Shown piece by piece: positions 21,164 through 30,247 of a DNA stretch of 64,000 nt. The stretch covers positions 1-64,000 of the forward strand of contig CAVSZB010000002.1 in NCBI GenBank assembly GCA_963732385.1, given 5' to 3'. The position numbers and the translations under genes are program-made. Every line of letters starts with the position of its first letter. Positions within the stretch are counted from its first letter, which is position 1. The notes beneath the pieces were generated by a model. It was not told where the DNA came from, ran no database searches, and saw only the letters and a program-made list of their open reading frames with translations. The DNA is from an uncultured bacterium (GTDB taxonomy: Bacteria > Krumholzibacteriota > Krumholzibacteriia > LZORAL124-64-63).

Positions 21164-21253
21164 GTGGGAGCGCCTTCTGTGGGACGCGCTGCTTCAGCCG
21201 CGATTCTCTGGCCGGAATATCGCGCCTGAAGGCGCTCCTACGGCCGCTCCTGC
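21164..21253. repeat. GTAG/GTGG-family REP doublet (REPIN) B
   Basis: GCTTCAGCCGCGATTCTCTGGCCGGAATATCGCG (21191-21224) is identical to 20018-20051; ends in GAAGGCGCTCCTACGGCCGCTCC. Confidence 0.85.
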
Positions 21254-21260
21254 GCCGCGC

Positions 21261-22921
21261 CTACGCAAACATGATCAGCGTGCCGGCCACGGTCAGGATC
21301 ACGTTGGCGAAGGCGTAGGTGCCGGTGTAGCCCAGCGCCGGGATGCTGCTGTTGGCTTCCGTGTTGACGAGGCTCATGGCCGCTGCGCTGGTCATGGCAC
21401 CGGTGAGCGCACCGATGAGCAGCACGGGTGGCAGGCGCAGCACCTTGCGGCCGAAGACATAACCGAGCACGACCGGTGACGCCACCACGAAGAGTGAGGC
21501 GACGATCAGCGCGGGACCGGCTGTGGCGAAAGTCGCGACGACCTGTCCGCCGGCCTGCAGGCCCACGCCGATGATGAAGATCATCAGGCCGAACTCCATC
21601 AGGATCCAGCGGGCCGCTTCCGGGAACTGGCCGAAGGTCGGCCGGGTGGCGTTGAGCCAGCCCACCAGGATGCCCGATGCCAGCAGGCCGCCGGCCAGGC
21701 CGATGCCGATCGGTATGCCGCCCACGTTGATGGCGAGCACGCCGATGGCTGCGCCGAGGGCGATGCCGAAGGCGAAGGTCGTCATGTCGGTCTGGGCGAC
21801 ATCCGATTCCACCGGGCCGAGCAGGCCCGAGAGTTCCTTGATGGCGGCCTGCGGCCCGACAACGCTGAGCACGTCGCTGCGCTGCAGTTTCAGGCCGGGG
21901 CTGAGCGGCAACGGCAGACCGTCGCGCCGCACCTCTGCGATCACCAGTCCGTGCTGGCGCGCGAGGTTCAGATCTGCCAGCGTCTTGCCCACGGCATCCC
22001 GGCGGGCAACGACCACGTGCGTGTAGGTGGCCGTCAGTTCGATCTCGGGGGAAACAGTGATCTCCTCGCCGATCTTTCCAATGCCGCCGCGAAAGAAATT
22101 GGCATCGCCGTAGGCATGGACTTCGTCACCAGGCCGGAGGTGTTCGTCGTCAGCTCAGCTTCAGCCACTGCACCGTCACGTCGCAGTCTGGCCACTGACA
22201 GTGAATCCCAGAAGCGACTGCGCAGCTCCCTGATCGTCAGTTGGCAGAGTTCGGCATTGGTGACGCGGTAGGCCCGCGCCTGCATCTGCCCGACGCGATC
22301 TTCCTTCTCCGCTTCTTCCATCTTTGCGGCTTCTGCAGCCAGGTCGATGCCGACGATCCGCGGCAGCAGGCGCACCGTGGCGATGATGCCGAGCAAGCCG
22401 ACTACATAGGTGATCGCGTAGCTCGAGGCGATGGTGGCGAGCACGCCATCCATGGTGGTCCCGGCCGGCAGGTCCACGATGCCGGAACGAACCGCCTCCT
22501 GGGCAGCGGCCAGCGTGGGCGTTGTCGTCATCGCGCCGGCGAGCAGACCGGCCATGCCGCCGTAGGGCAGACCCAGCAGTTTTCCGGCCGCGATCGAGAT
22601 GACGATGCCCACACCACCCACGAACAAGGCGAGCAGCAGGTACTGCAGGCCCTGGGTGCGCAGCACCTCGAAAAATCGCGGGCCGGCCTGGTAGCCGACC
22701 GCGAAGATGAACAGCGCAAAGCCGACCGACTGCGCACCCGGATTGATCTTGAAGCCGTACTGGCCGAGAAACAGCGACACCAGCAGCGCACCAGCCACCG
22801 GCCCCAGCGCCACCGGGCCGATCCGCAGCCGGCCGACGAGGTAGCCGCAGCCGAGGACGACGAACAAGGTGAATACCGGGTTGCTGCGCAGAAATTCGAG
22901 TATCAGCGTGCCATTTTCCAT
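21261..22921 (-). CDS. Second AspT/YidE/YbjL-family antiporter; apparent single-base insertions near 22154 and 22170
   Basis: FIFAVGYQAGPRFF, GAMTTTPTLAAAQ, TrkA-C segments, GALTGAMTSAAAM, ALGYTGTYAFAN; ORFs 22034-22921 and 21261-22016 join after removing two bases. Confidence 0.85.
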
Positions 22922-23031
22922 GTGCGATATCCTCGCGGCTGCGGTTCGTGCCCCCCGGCAACTATAACGTGCCAGCCAGCCGGGCTTGTGCGATATTCAA
23001 TTCATCTTGCGGCCATACAGGCAATCCAGAC

Positions 23032-23703
23032 ATGAAACGCCAGCGCTCCCTGATCCTGATCACAGCGGCCTGCCTGCTGTCCGGCACAGCCATCGGGAAG
23101 CAGGACGAACTGCCGGCCGTTTCCCATGATGGCCTCGAGTTGCGCAAGGGCAAGGCCGCGGTGGTCTATGTCAGGCCGGGCGTCGACTTCAGCGGCTACC
23201 GGCGTTTCGCCATCCTCGAATGTCCGGTGGCCTTCAGCAAGGACTGGGAACGCGAGCGCAAGAGCGGTGCGGCGCGGGTCAGCCAGAAGGACATGGATGA
23301 AATGAAAGCCGACCTGTCCGCCGAATTCCTGAAGATCTTCACCGACGAGCTGCAGAACAAGGGCGGCTACCAGATCGTCACCGCAGGTGCCGAGGATGTG
23401 CTGATCCTGCGCCCGGCCATCATCGACCTGGAAGTGTCTGTCCCGGATTCGATGTCGGCGGGGCGCAGCTACACGCTGAGTGAATCGGCCGGCGGCATGA
23501 CGCTGTACCTGGAGATCTTCGACTCCGTCACCGGCCAGATCCTCGCGCGTGCCATCGACCGGCAGGAGGACCGTGGCACGGGCCGGATCCAGTGGCAGAA
23601 CTCGGTCACCAACAAGGCCGAGGCCGACCGCATGCTGCGTCGCTGGGCCTCCGCATTGCGGGAGCGGCTCGACGAGGTCAACGGCAAGGCGCCGGCGAAG
23701 TGA
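23032..23703 (+). CDS. DUF3313-like exported protein
   Basis: Signal peptide; DGLE, VYVRPGVDFSGY, LRPAIIDL, GMTLYLEIFDSVTGQILARAID. Confidence 0.7.
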   Translation: MKRQRSLILITAACLLSGTAIGKQDELPAVSHDGLELRKGKAAVVYVRPGVDFSGYRRFAILECPVAFSKDWERERKSGAARVSQKDMDEMKADLSAEFLKIFTDELQNKGGYQIVTAGAEDVLILRPAIIDLEVSVPDSMSAGRSYTLSESAGGMTLYLEIFDSVTGQILARAIDRQEDRGTGRIQWQNSVTNKAEADRMLRRWASALRERLDEVNGKAPAK

Positions 23704-23716
23704 AAGGGGCGGTGCG

Positions 23717-24835
23717 GTGAAGCCTGCAATCGCGTCTGGATGGATCTGCTCCGCTGCCGTGCTCGCCGCGACGCTGATGCTCTCCCCCTGCCCGGTTCTG
23801 GCAGATTCGAAGTCCGACCACGAACTCCACGATTCCCACTTCCACCTCACCAATTACGTGCAGGAGGGGACGGACATCCACCGCTTCCTGGAGATCATGG
23901 GCGACAAGGTGGGCCGGGTTGCGTTGTTCGGTATTCCGCTGCAGCAGATGTGGTCTTACGAGAACTCCCAGGATTTCGCGCCGACCTACTACCTGCACTC
24001 TGACGCTCCCCTCTATTACTACTCGTTCACCGACGCGTGGATTGCGTCGGCGTACCGGTCGCTGAACAAGGCCGACCAGGCCCGCTTCGATCCGATGATC
24101 ACCGGCTTCAATCCCGCCGACATGTACGCTGCGGATCACATCAAGCGGGTACTGCAAACCTTTCCCGGCGTGTTCAGCGGCATCGGCGAGTTCACGATCC
24201 ACAAGGAGTTTGTTTCCGCCAAGGTGGCCGGTGGCGAGCCGAGCCTCGCCAACCGCGCGCTGGACCGCATCTTCGACTTTGCCGGCGAGACCGGGCTGGT
24301 CGTGCTGATCCACAACGACGTCGACATGCCCTTCGCCGGGCAGGGTGCGACGCCGGTCTACCTCCAGCAGATGCGTGATCTGCTGCTGCGCCACCCCGAC
24401 ACCACGGTGATCTGGGCTCACGTCGGGCTCGGGCGGGTTGTACACCCGGTCCAGTCGGAAGCCAGCGCGGCCGGGACGGAGCGCCCGGCGAACCAGGTGG
24501 GCATCGTCGAGAAGATCCTGAGCGAGCCCAGCCTGCAACACCTGCATTTCGACCTGTCCTGGAGCGAGGTGGCCAAGTACATCGTCGCGACCCCGCAGTC
24601 CCTCGAGCGCGCAGCCTCGGTGATCAACCGCTTCCCCGATCGCTTCCTGTTCGGCACTGATGAGGTGGCGCCGAAGGATCAGGCGACCTACCTGCGGGTC
24701 TACCGGCAGTATGATCCGCTCTGGCAGCTGCTGACGCCCGAGGCAAAGCAGAAGGTTCTCAAGGACAACTACGAACGGCTGTTCGATGTCGCCCGGATCA
24801 AGGTCCGGAAGTGGGAAGCGGCCAACCTCAAATGA
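23717..24835 (+). CDS. Exported amidohydrolase-superfamily (TIM-barrel metallo-hydrolase) protein
   Basis: HDSHFH metal motif, GIGEFTIHKE, IHND, IWAH, FPDRFLFGTD. Confidence 0.8.
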   Translation: MKPAIASGWICSAAVLAATLMLSPCPVLADSKSDHELHDSHFHLTNYVQEGTDIHRFLEIMGDKVGRVALFGIPLQQMWSYENSQDFAPTYYLHSDAPLYYYSFTDAWIASAYRSLNKADQARFDPMITGFNPADMYAADHIKRVLQTFPGVFSGIGEFTIHKEFVSAKVAGGEPSLANRALDRIFDFAGETGLVVLIHNDVDMPFAGQGATPVYLQQMRDLLLRHPDTTVIWAHVGLGRVVHPVQSEASAAGTERPANQVGIVEKILSEPSLQHLHFDLSWSEVAKYIVATPQSLERAASVINRFPDRFLFGTDEVAPKDQATYLRVYRQYDPLWQLLTPEAKQKVLKDNYERLFDVARIKVRKWEAANLK

Positions 24836-24881
24836 TGCGGGGCCGGGCGAAGCCCGGGCTGATCCAGACAAAGGTGTATCG

Positions 24882-26492
24882 ATGAAACGATTCGCTGCCG
24901 GTTTTTTGCTGATGATGCTGGTCGGCCTTGCGTCGGCCGGGTACGCGCAAGCAGCACCTCAATCCGCCGAAGATGCCGCCGAGGCCGGCACCGCGCCGGT
25001 ACGTCTGGACGGCCGCACCCTGCTCATGGTGAGCGGGGTATCTTCCCTTCCGGCCGGCGATCGGGCCGAGGCGATCAGCCGGCGCCTGCAGGATATTGCC
25101 GACGAACCCGCCATCACCATCGACTCGATCGGTATCGTGCCCGGTCCGCAGGGCCCGGAGATCCGGGCCGCGGGGCGGCTCATCATGGCCGTCACCACGA
25201 TGGATGCGGAACGGGAGGGCGTCGCTCCGGACCTGCTGGCGGCAACGCACCGGATCCAGTTCACCGATGCCATCCTGCGCTACCGCGTCGAGCGCAGTCC
25301 TGCCCGGCTCTGGCAGAGCACGCTGGCAAGCCTGGCCACGACAGCTGCCCTGATCGCCGCCGTCTGGCTGGTGCGACTTCTGTTCCGCCGCCTGGATGTC
25401 GTGCTCGATCGTCGCTATAACGCGCTGGTTCAATTGGCGCACGGCAAGGTTGCCGATGCCCTGCGCATAGCGCCCCTGCTCAGCGCCATGCGCGGTTCAT
25501 CAGTCACCTTGCGTTTCGTCGTCATGCTGGTTCTCGGATTCATATGGCTGGAGGTAGTGCTCGGCCAGTTCCCCTGGACCCGCTGGCTCAGCGATGACCT
25601 GGCCGCGTTTTTTCTTGATCCGCTGGGCGACATCCTCATCGGTATCGCGGACTACATTCCGAAGCTGCTGTTTCTCATCGTGCTGGCTTTCGTGGCCCGC
25701 TTCGGCCTGCGGATGATGCGCCTCTACTTCGCTGCCCTCGAGCGCGGCACCTTCAGCCTGCCGGGCTTCGAGCCGGAGTGGGCCATTGCCACCTACAAGA
25801 TCGCGCGGGTTTTCGTGATCGGCATCGCGCTGGTGATGGCCTACCCCTATCTCCCCGGTGCGGGCTCCGAGGCCTTGCAGGGACTATCGGTGTTTGCCGG
25901 CCTGGTGCTGTCGCTGGGCGCCTCATCGTCCGTGTCCAACGTCATCGCCGGCTACATCACCACCTTCGGCCGCGTGCTGCGCGTCGGTGACATGATCAAG
26001 GTGGGCGACACGACGGGCACGGTATCCCAGATCCGGCTGCTGACGATCCGGCTGCGCACCATACGCAACGAGGAAGTGACGATTCCGAACGGTACCCTGC
26101 TCAACACAAACGTCATCAACTACAGCGCACTGTCCCGGGAGCATGGCCTGATCCTGCAGACCGAAGTCCGCATCAACTACTCGGTGCCCTGGCGGCAGGT
26201 ACACGCGATGCTGCTGGAGGCAGCGGGACGTACGCCGGTGCTCATGACCGAGCCGCCGCCTTTTGTCCTTCAGCGGGAGCTCGGCGACTTTGCCGTCGCC
26301 TACCAGCTGAACGTGTACAAGGCGGAGGCGAAGGCGCTCGTCAAGGCCTACTCGGACCTGCACCAGAACGTCCTCGACGTGTTCAATGAGTACGGCGTGC
26401 AGATCATGGTGCCCTCCTACGAGGGTGACCCGGAAACGCCGAAAATCGTGCCGCGCGAGCAATGGTTCCAGTCACCGGCCCGGCCCGATTGA
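24882..26492 (+). CDS. MscS-family mechanosensitive channel with N-terminal periplasmic domain
   Basis: LSLGASSSVSNVIAG, RVGDMIKVG, EEVTIPN, YSVPWRQVHAMLLEAA, LHQNVLDVFNEYGVQIM. Confidence 0.9.
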   Translation: MKRFAAGFLLMMLVGLASAGYAQAAPQSAEDAAEAGTAPVRLDGRTLLMVSGVSSLPAGDRAEAISRRLQDIADEPAITIDSIGIVPGPQGPEIRAAGRLIMAVTTMDAEREGVAPDLLAATHRIQFTDAILRYRVERSPARLWQSTLASLATTAALIAAVWLVRLLFRRLDVVLDRRYNALVQLAHGKVADALRIAPLLSAMRGSSVTLRFVVMLVLGFIWLEVVLGQFPWTRWLSDDLAAFFLDPLGDILIGIADYIPKLLFLIVLAFVARFGLRMMRLYFAALERGTFSLPGFEPEWAIATYKIARVFVIGIALVMAYPYLPGAGSEALQGLSVFAGLVLSLGASSSVSNVIAGYITTFGRVLRVGDMIKVGDTTGTVSQIRLLTIRLRTIRNEEVTIPNGTLLNTNVINYSALSREHGLILQTEVRINYSVPWRQVHAMLLEAAGRTPVLMTEPPPFVLQRELGDFAVAYQLNVYKAEAKALVKAYSDLHQNVLDVFNEYGVQIMVPSYEGDPETPKIVPREQWFQSPARPD

Positions 26493-26586
26493 ATGGCGTG
26501 CTGAAAGCGCGTGGCGGGCATTTTGGGGAGGCGGTGACTTTGTGCCCTGCAAGCAGAAATCAGCAGCGCCTTAGGCGCGCTTCCTG

Positions 26587-26607
26587 ATAATCAAATGCTC
26601 CGGCACC
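26587..26607. repeat. 21-bp direct repeat, left copy (ATAATCAAATGCTCCGGCACC)
   Basis: Identical to 28599-28619. Confidence 0.85.
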
Positions 26608-26627
26608 GCGCCAGGCACGGCGCGTGC

Positions 26628-28472
26628 TCACTGCAGGGTCGTGAGGTAGTACTCGGTGGCCATGTTCGGCATGCCGTGCAGGCGGGAGAGCATGAACCGG
26701 CTGGTGCCATCGGCCGAGTGGAACACGAACAGCCCCCGTTGAACGTAGGCTGTGCCGGAAACCACCACCGGCGGGATCGAATACAACGCAAGGCGGTTCT
26801 GGAATTCGCTCTCGTAGATGGCAACGTGCATGTAGCAGTTCAGCGGATTGCCTGGCCAGGAACATGCGTACGAGTCTTCCTCCACGACAAGAATCTCTTT
26901 GGCCGCATCGGACTGGCTGAGGGACGTGATCAGGTAGCTGTGCACGTCTTGCGACAGGCTGAGCCTGCCCGAATAGACCATGTCCTGCGCACGGATGGTG
27001 GACGATCTGAAGGTATTGCCACAGCGCGTGTAGAGCGTGCTGCCATCCTCCTTCATCCAGACGTTGCCGCACACGCTGAAATCCCCGTGGTAGGGGGAAT
27101 CGTAGAGCCAGGTGGCGCCGCCCGTCCGGACATCGTACTTCGCGATGTCACTGGGGTAGATGTTGTTGTCGGCCGTGTACAGGTAATCGCCGGATGGATG
27201 AAGCCGGCCCAGTGTGCCCGCATACAGACGATCGTTGGGATCCAGGGTCTCGGTGTTGGTCGCGATGTCGACGGAATGCACCCACTCCCACTGGTCGGCG
27301 GCCGGCAGGGCATACACGAAGCCCCGACCATCGAGCACGATGTCGAGAACCACTGTGGAAACGTTGAGCACGACGGGCGCCGGCGCAGTCGGTTCACCAA
27401 CGGTCACGAGCTGCAGGTACGTGATCAGCGCATCGTGCCCAACTGCTGCGGAGAGTCCGTCCGGTGCCACGGAGACAGCGGTCGGCGGCTTGCTGAGCGG
27501 AGCTTCCCGGCTGAGGCCCGTGGCACTGTCGTAGACGTAGAGCGCGTTCCGCGGCCATGACGAGACCATGACGATGGCATTCAGGGCCTTGCTGTACTCC
27601 GCATCCACGACGTTGTGGGGCAGGACGATACGGTTTGCCACGGGCACGGGATCCAGTCCGGGTTCCGCCACCGGGTCGTTGGTAACGATGTAGGTCAAGG
27701 CCACGGTGAAAGGGCTGCCGTTGACGTCCCGCCGGCACTGGGAGTCGTAGCAGACGCGAATCGTCACGTTTTCGGCGTGGGTACCAGCCAGCAGCCGGTC
27801 AGGGGGCACCAAGTCGAACTCCAAGGCGATCTCACTTCCGGACACGCTGCTGGACGACACTGACCGGACTACGGTCGACGAGTGGATTGGCATGACCGTC
27901 GGAGGAGTCGGCCCAATGCCGACGAGGTTCAAAGTTGCGTTCCGCGTGATTTCCGTTGGGGTCGCCGTGCTGCCCAGGGCCGAAAGGGCCGTAGTGCTGA
28001 TGGTTGCCGACGTGGGGCTGGTAATCGTGTAGGTCGCCGTCACCCGGATCGGGCTGCCACGAACCTGCCGGGCGCAGCGGTCGTCCGCGCAGACCCGCAA
28101 CGTAATGGTGTCGCTCACAGTGCCCACGTCCACATCGATCGGCGGCCGGAACGACACGGTGAAGTCCGCGCGTCCCGGAACGGTCTCCGTGAAATCCACC
28201 GACTGCACGCCCCTGGTGTCGTAATCGAAGTCGAGATAGAGGCCGTCAGCGGACATATCCACCGCCTCGACGGAGAAAGTTCCTGTGGGTGCGGCGTCGA
28301 CGTAGCTTGCAGCGACACTTACGGAAGTGGTGCTGGCGACGACAGATCCAGACGACTCCGAGCCGCCGCCACCGCCACCGCCGCAGGCCGCCAGCAGGGC
28401 CAATAAGGCGCCTGGAACGGCCAGCCTGCACGAGGAAGCCAAGCTGCGCATTGAATTTTTATTGTTTTGCAT
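26628..28472 (-). CDS. Outer-membrane lipoprotein with repeated Ig-like beta domains and C-terminal beta-propeller (start 28472 or 28451)
   Basis: Lipobox LAAC-GGGGGG; repeated unit ITLRVCADDRC..GSP / VTIRVCYDSQC..GSP; YncE-like blades (VSVAPDG..AAVGHD). Confidence 0.7.
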   Translation of the reverse strand: MQNNKNSMRSLASSCRLAVPGALLALLAACGGGGGGGSESSGSVVASTTSVSVAASYVDAAPTGTFSVEAVDMSADGLYLDFDYDTRGVQSVDFTETVPGRADFTVSFRPPIDVDVGTVSDTITLRVCADDRCARQVRGSPIRVTATYTITSPTSATISTTALSALGSTATPTEITRNATLNLVGIGPTPPTVMPIHSSTVVRSVSSSSVSGSEIALEFDLVPPDRLLAGTHAENVTIRVCYDSQCRRDVNGSPFTVALTYIVTNDPVAEPGLDPVPVANRIVLPHNVVDAEYSKALNAIVMVSSWPRNALYVYDSATGLSREAPLSKPPTAVSVAPDGLSAAVGHDALITYLQLVTVGEPTAPAPVVLNVSTVVLDIVLDGRGFVYALPAADQWEWVHSVDIATNTETLDPNDRLYAGTLGRLHPSGDYLYTADNNIYPSDIAKYDVRTGGATWLYDSPYHGDFSVCGNVWMKEDGSTLYTRCGNTFRSSTIRAQDMVYSGRLSLSQDVHSYLITSLSQSDAAKEILVVEEDSYACSWPGNPLNCYMHVAIYESEFQNRLALYSIPPVVVSGTAYVQRGLFVFHSADGTSRFMLSRLHGMPNMATEYYLTTLQ

Positions 28473-28598
28473 GGATACCATCCCTTGTCGTCGGCCAGAG
28501 CGCCGAACCGCATGGGTCATCTTTTTTCAAGTATACCGCTTGTAACGGGCGCCATAGGCCATTCAACCAGCCCCCCAGCGGCGGCGGCCAACAATCAA

Positions 28599-28619
28599 AT
28601 AATCAAATGCTCCGGCACC
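28599..28619. repeat. 21-bp direct repeat, right copy, overlapping the last codons and stop of the aldehyde dehydrogenase
   Basis: Identical to 26587-26607. Confidence 0.85.
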
Positions 28620-30072
28620 CCTCCTCCAGTGCGTGCATGTCCTTGGCGACGCCGCGCTGGATGAGCAGGGCTTTCTTGCGCACGAAGCGCAGCAGGCCGG
28701 AGGCGCCCATGCGCGAGGCGCCGAGGCCGGATAGCCGGAAGGCATTCTTGTCGACATCGAAGACTTCGGTGGTGAGCGCACCGTCATTGATGCTGACGGC
28801 ACCGGCGACGAGCTGGCGCGCAATGGCCAGCGCTTGTGCCTCGTCACCGAACACTGCTGCCGACAGGCCATAGACGGAATCGTTGGCGAGCTGCACCGCT
28901 TCGCTGACACTTCGAAAACTCATCACCGGCAGCACCGGGCCGAAAGTCTCCTCGGTCATCAGCGTCATCGTGTGCTTGACACCGGTCACGACAGTCGGGC
29001 GCAACCAGTAGCCGCCACCGTGCCGTTCGATCACGCCGCCGGTTTCGATACGCGCACCCTTCTCCACCGCATCCGCCAGTTGCGCCGCAATGATCTCGGC
29101 CTGACGGGAAAAGATCAGCGGGCCGACCTGGCCCTGCCGGCTGTCCGGCCAGTTGAGCGGCACCGCTTCGGCATGCGCGACGAGACGGGCAATGAATGCG
29201 TCACTGATGCGCGCATCCACATAGATGCGCTCGAGCGACTGGCAGGCCTGTCCGGTCGCCTGCACCGAGGCGCGCAACACGGTGGCTGCGGCGCGGTCCG
29301 GATCAGCCGAGGCCAGCACGATGGCCGGGTCCTTGCCGCCGAGTTCGAGGAAGGCGGGAATGAACTGCCCGGCACAGGCGGCCGCCACCTTGCGCCCGGT
29401 GGCCACGCTGCCGGTGAAACAGATGCCATCCACCGCACGGATCAGTGCGGCACCCGTCGAACCGTCACCGGTGATGAAGGCACAGACGCCGGCGAGTTCG
29501 GGAAATTCAGACAGGCTGTCCATCAGCGGCGCGATGAAGCGTGGCGTCACCTCGCTGGGCTTGACGATCACCGCACAGCCGGCGAGCAGGGCCGGAATCG
29601 TGTCGAGCATCGACAGCAGGAAAGGGAAATTCCACGGACTGATCACACCGATCAGGCCATAAGGCACGAGCTGCGTCTGCGCGTGTATCCCCGGCGTCAT
29701 CGAGGCGCGCTCGGGCGGCTCGACGAGGGCCGTGGTCGCCAGTGCGGCATGACCAGCGACCATGCCATGCAGGGCATTGAGTTCCTGCAAGGCCAGCCGG
29801 TGCCGACCGGTGTCGGTGGACAGCGCCTCGAGCACCGGGCCAGGGGCGGCGAGCAGACGCGACGACCAGGCCTTGAGCACCTGAGCGCGATGCACGGGAC
29901 CAGCGGCGGCCCATGCCACCTGGTTCGCACGTAGCCGGGCAGCCAGGGCAGCGATTTCTTCGGCACCGGCCACTGGAATGCGGTAGTCGGACGCACCGGT
30001 GCGCGGATTGGATACCGGCAGCTCGCGGGGTAGAGAACGGGTCATTCCGGGGGGATTCCTGGCGTCGATCAT
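28603..30072 (-). CDS. Aldehyde dehydrogenase family protein
   Basis: ISPWNFP, KPSEVTP, FTGSVATG, LELGGKDP, GQACQS (catalytic Cys), EETFGP. Confidence 0.95.
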   Translation of the reverse strand: MIDARNPPGMTRSLPRELPVSNPRTGASDYRIPVAGAEEIAALAARLRANQVAWAAAGPVHRAQVLKAWSSRLLAAPGPVLEALSTDTGRHRLALQELNALHGMVAGHAALATTALVEPPERASMTPGIHAQTQLVPYGLIGVISPWNFPFLLSMLDTIPALLAGCAVIVKPSEVTPRFIAPLMDSLSEFPELAGVCAFITGDGSTGAALIRAVDGICFTGSVATGRKVAAACAGQFIPAFLELGGKDPAIVLASADPDRAAATVLRASVQATGQACQSLERIYVDARISDAFIARLVAHAEAVPLNWPDSRQGQVGPLIFSRQAEIIAAQLADAVEKGARIETGGVIERHGGGYWLRPTVVTGVKHTMTLMTEETFGPVLPVMSFRSVSEAVQLANDSVYGLSAAVFGDEAQALAIARQLVAGAVSINDGALTTEVFDVDKNAFRLSGLGASRMGASGLLRFVRKKALLIQRGVAKDMHALEEGCRSI

Positions 30073-30200
30073 CGCTGCTTTGATCCATCAATAGCCACAT
30101 ACGTGCAGCGGACAATGGTAGTTTCAAACGCCGACCCCGGCCAGCATGTGTCGAGGACAAACACCCGTATGCCTGCCCACGTGGCCCTCGGTCCGGGCAA

Positions 30201-30226
30201 TAAGCCAATTAAGCCAATTAAGCCAA
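30201..30226. repeat. Three tandem copies of TAAGCCAAT (last one partial)
   Basis: taagccaat-taagccaat-taagccaa between the DUF1838 gene and the aldehyde dehydrogenase. Confidence 0.8.
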
Positions 30227-30247
30227 ACCCGGCACCCGCTTCAAAGC

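Noticed and set aside
22955..22976. Sigma54 promoter for the second antiporter (minus strand TGGCACG...TTGC)
   Set aside because: GG-to-GC spacing is 12 nt rather than the required 10
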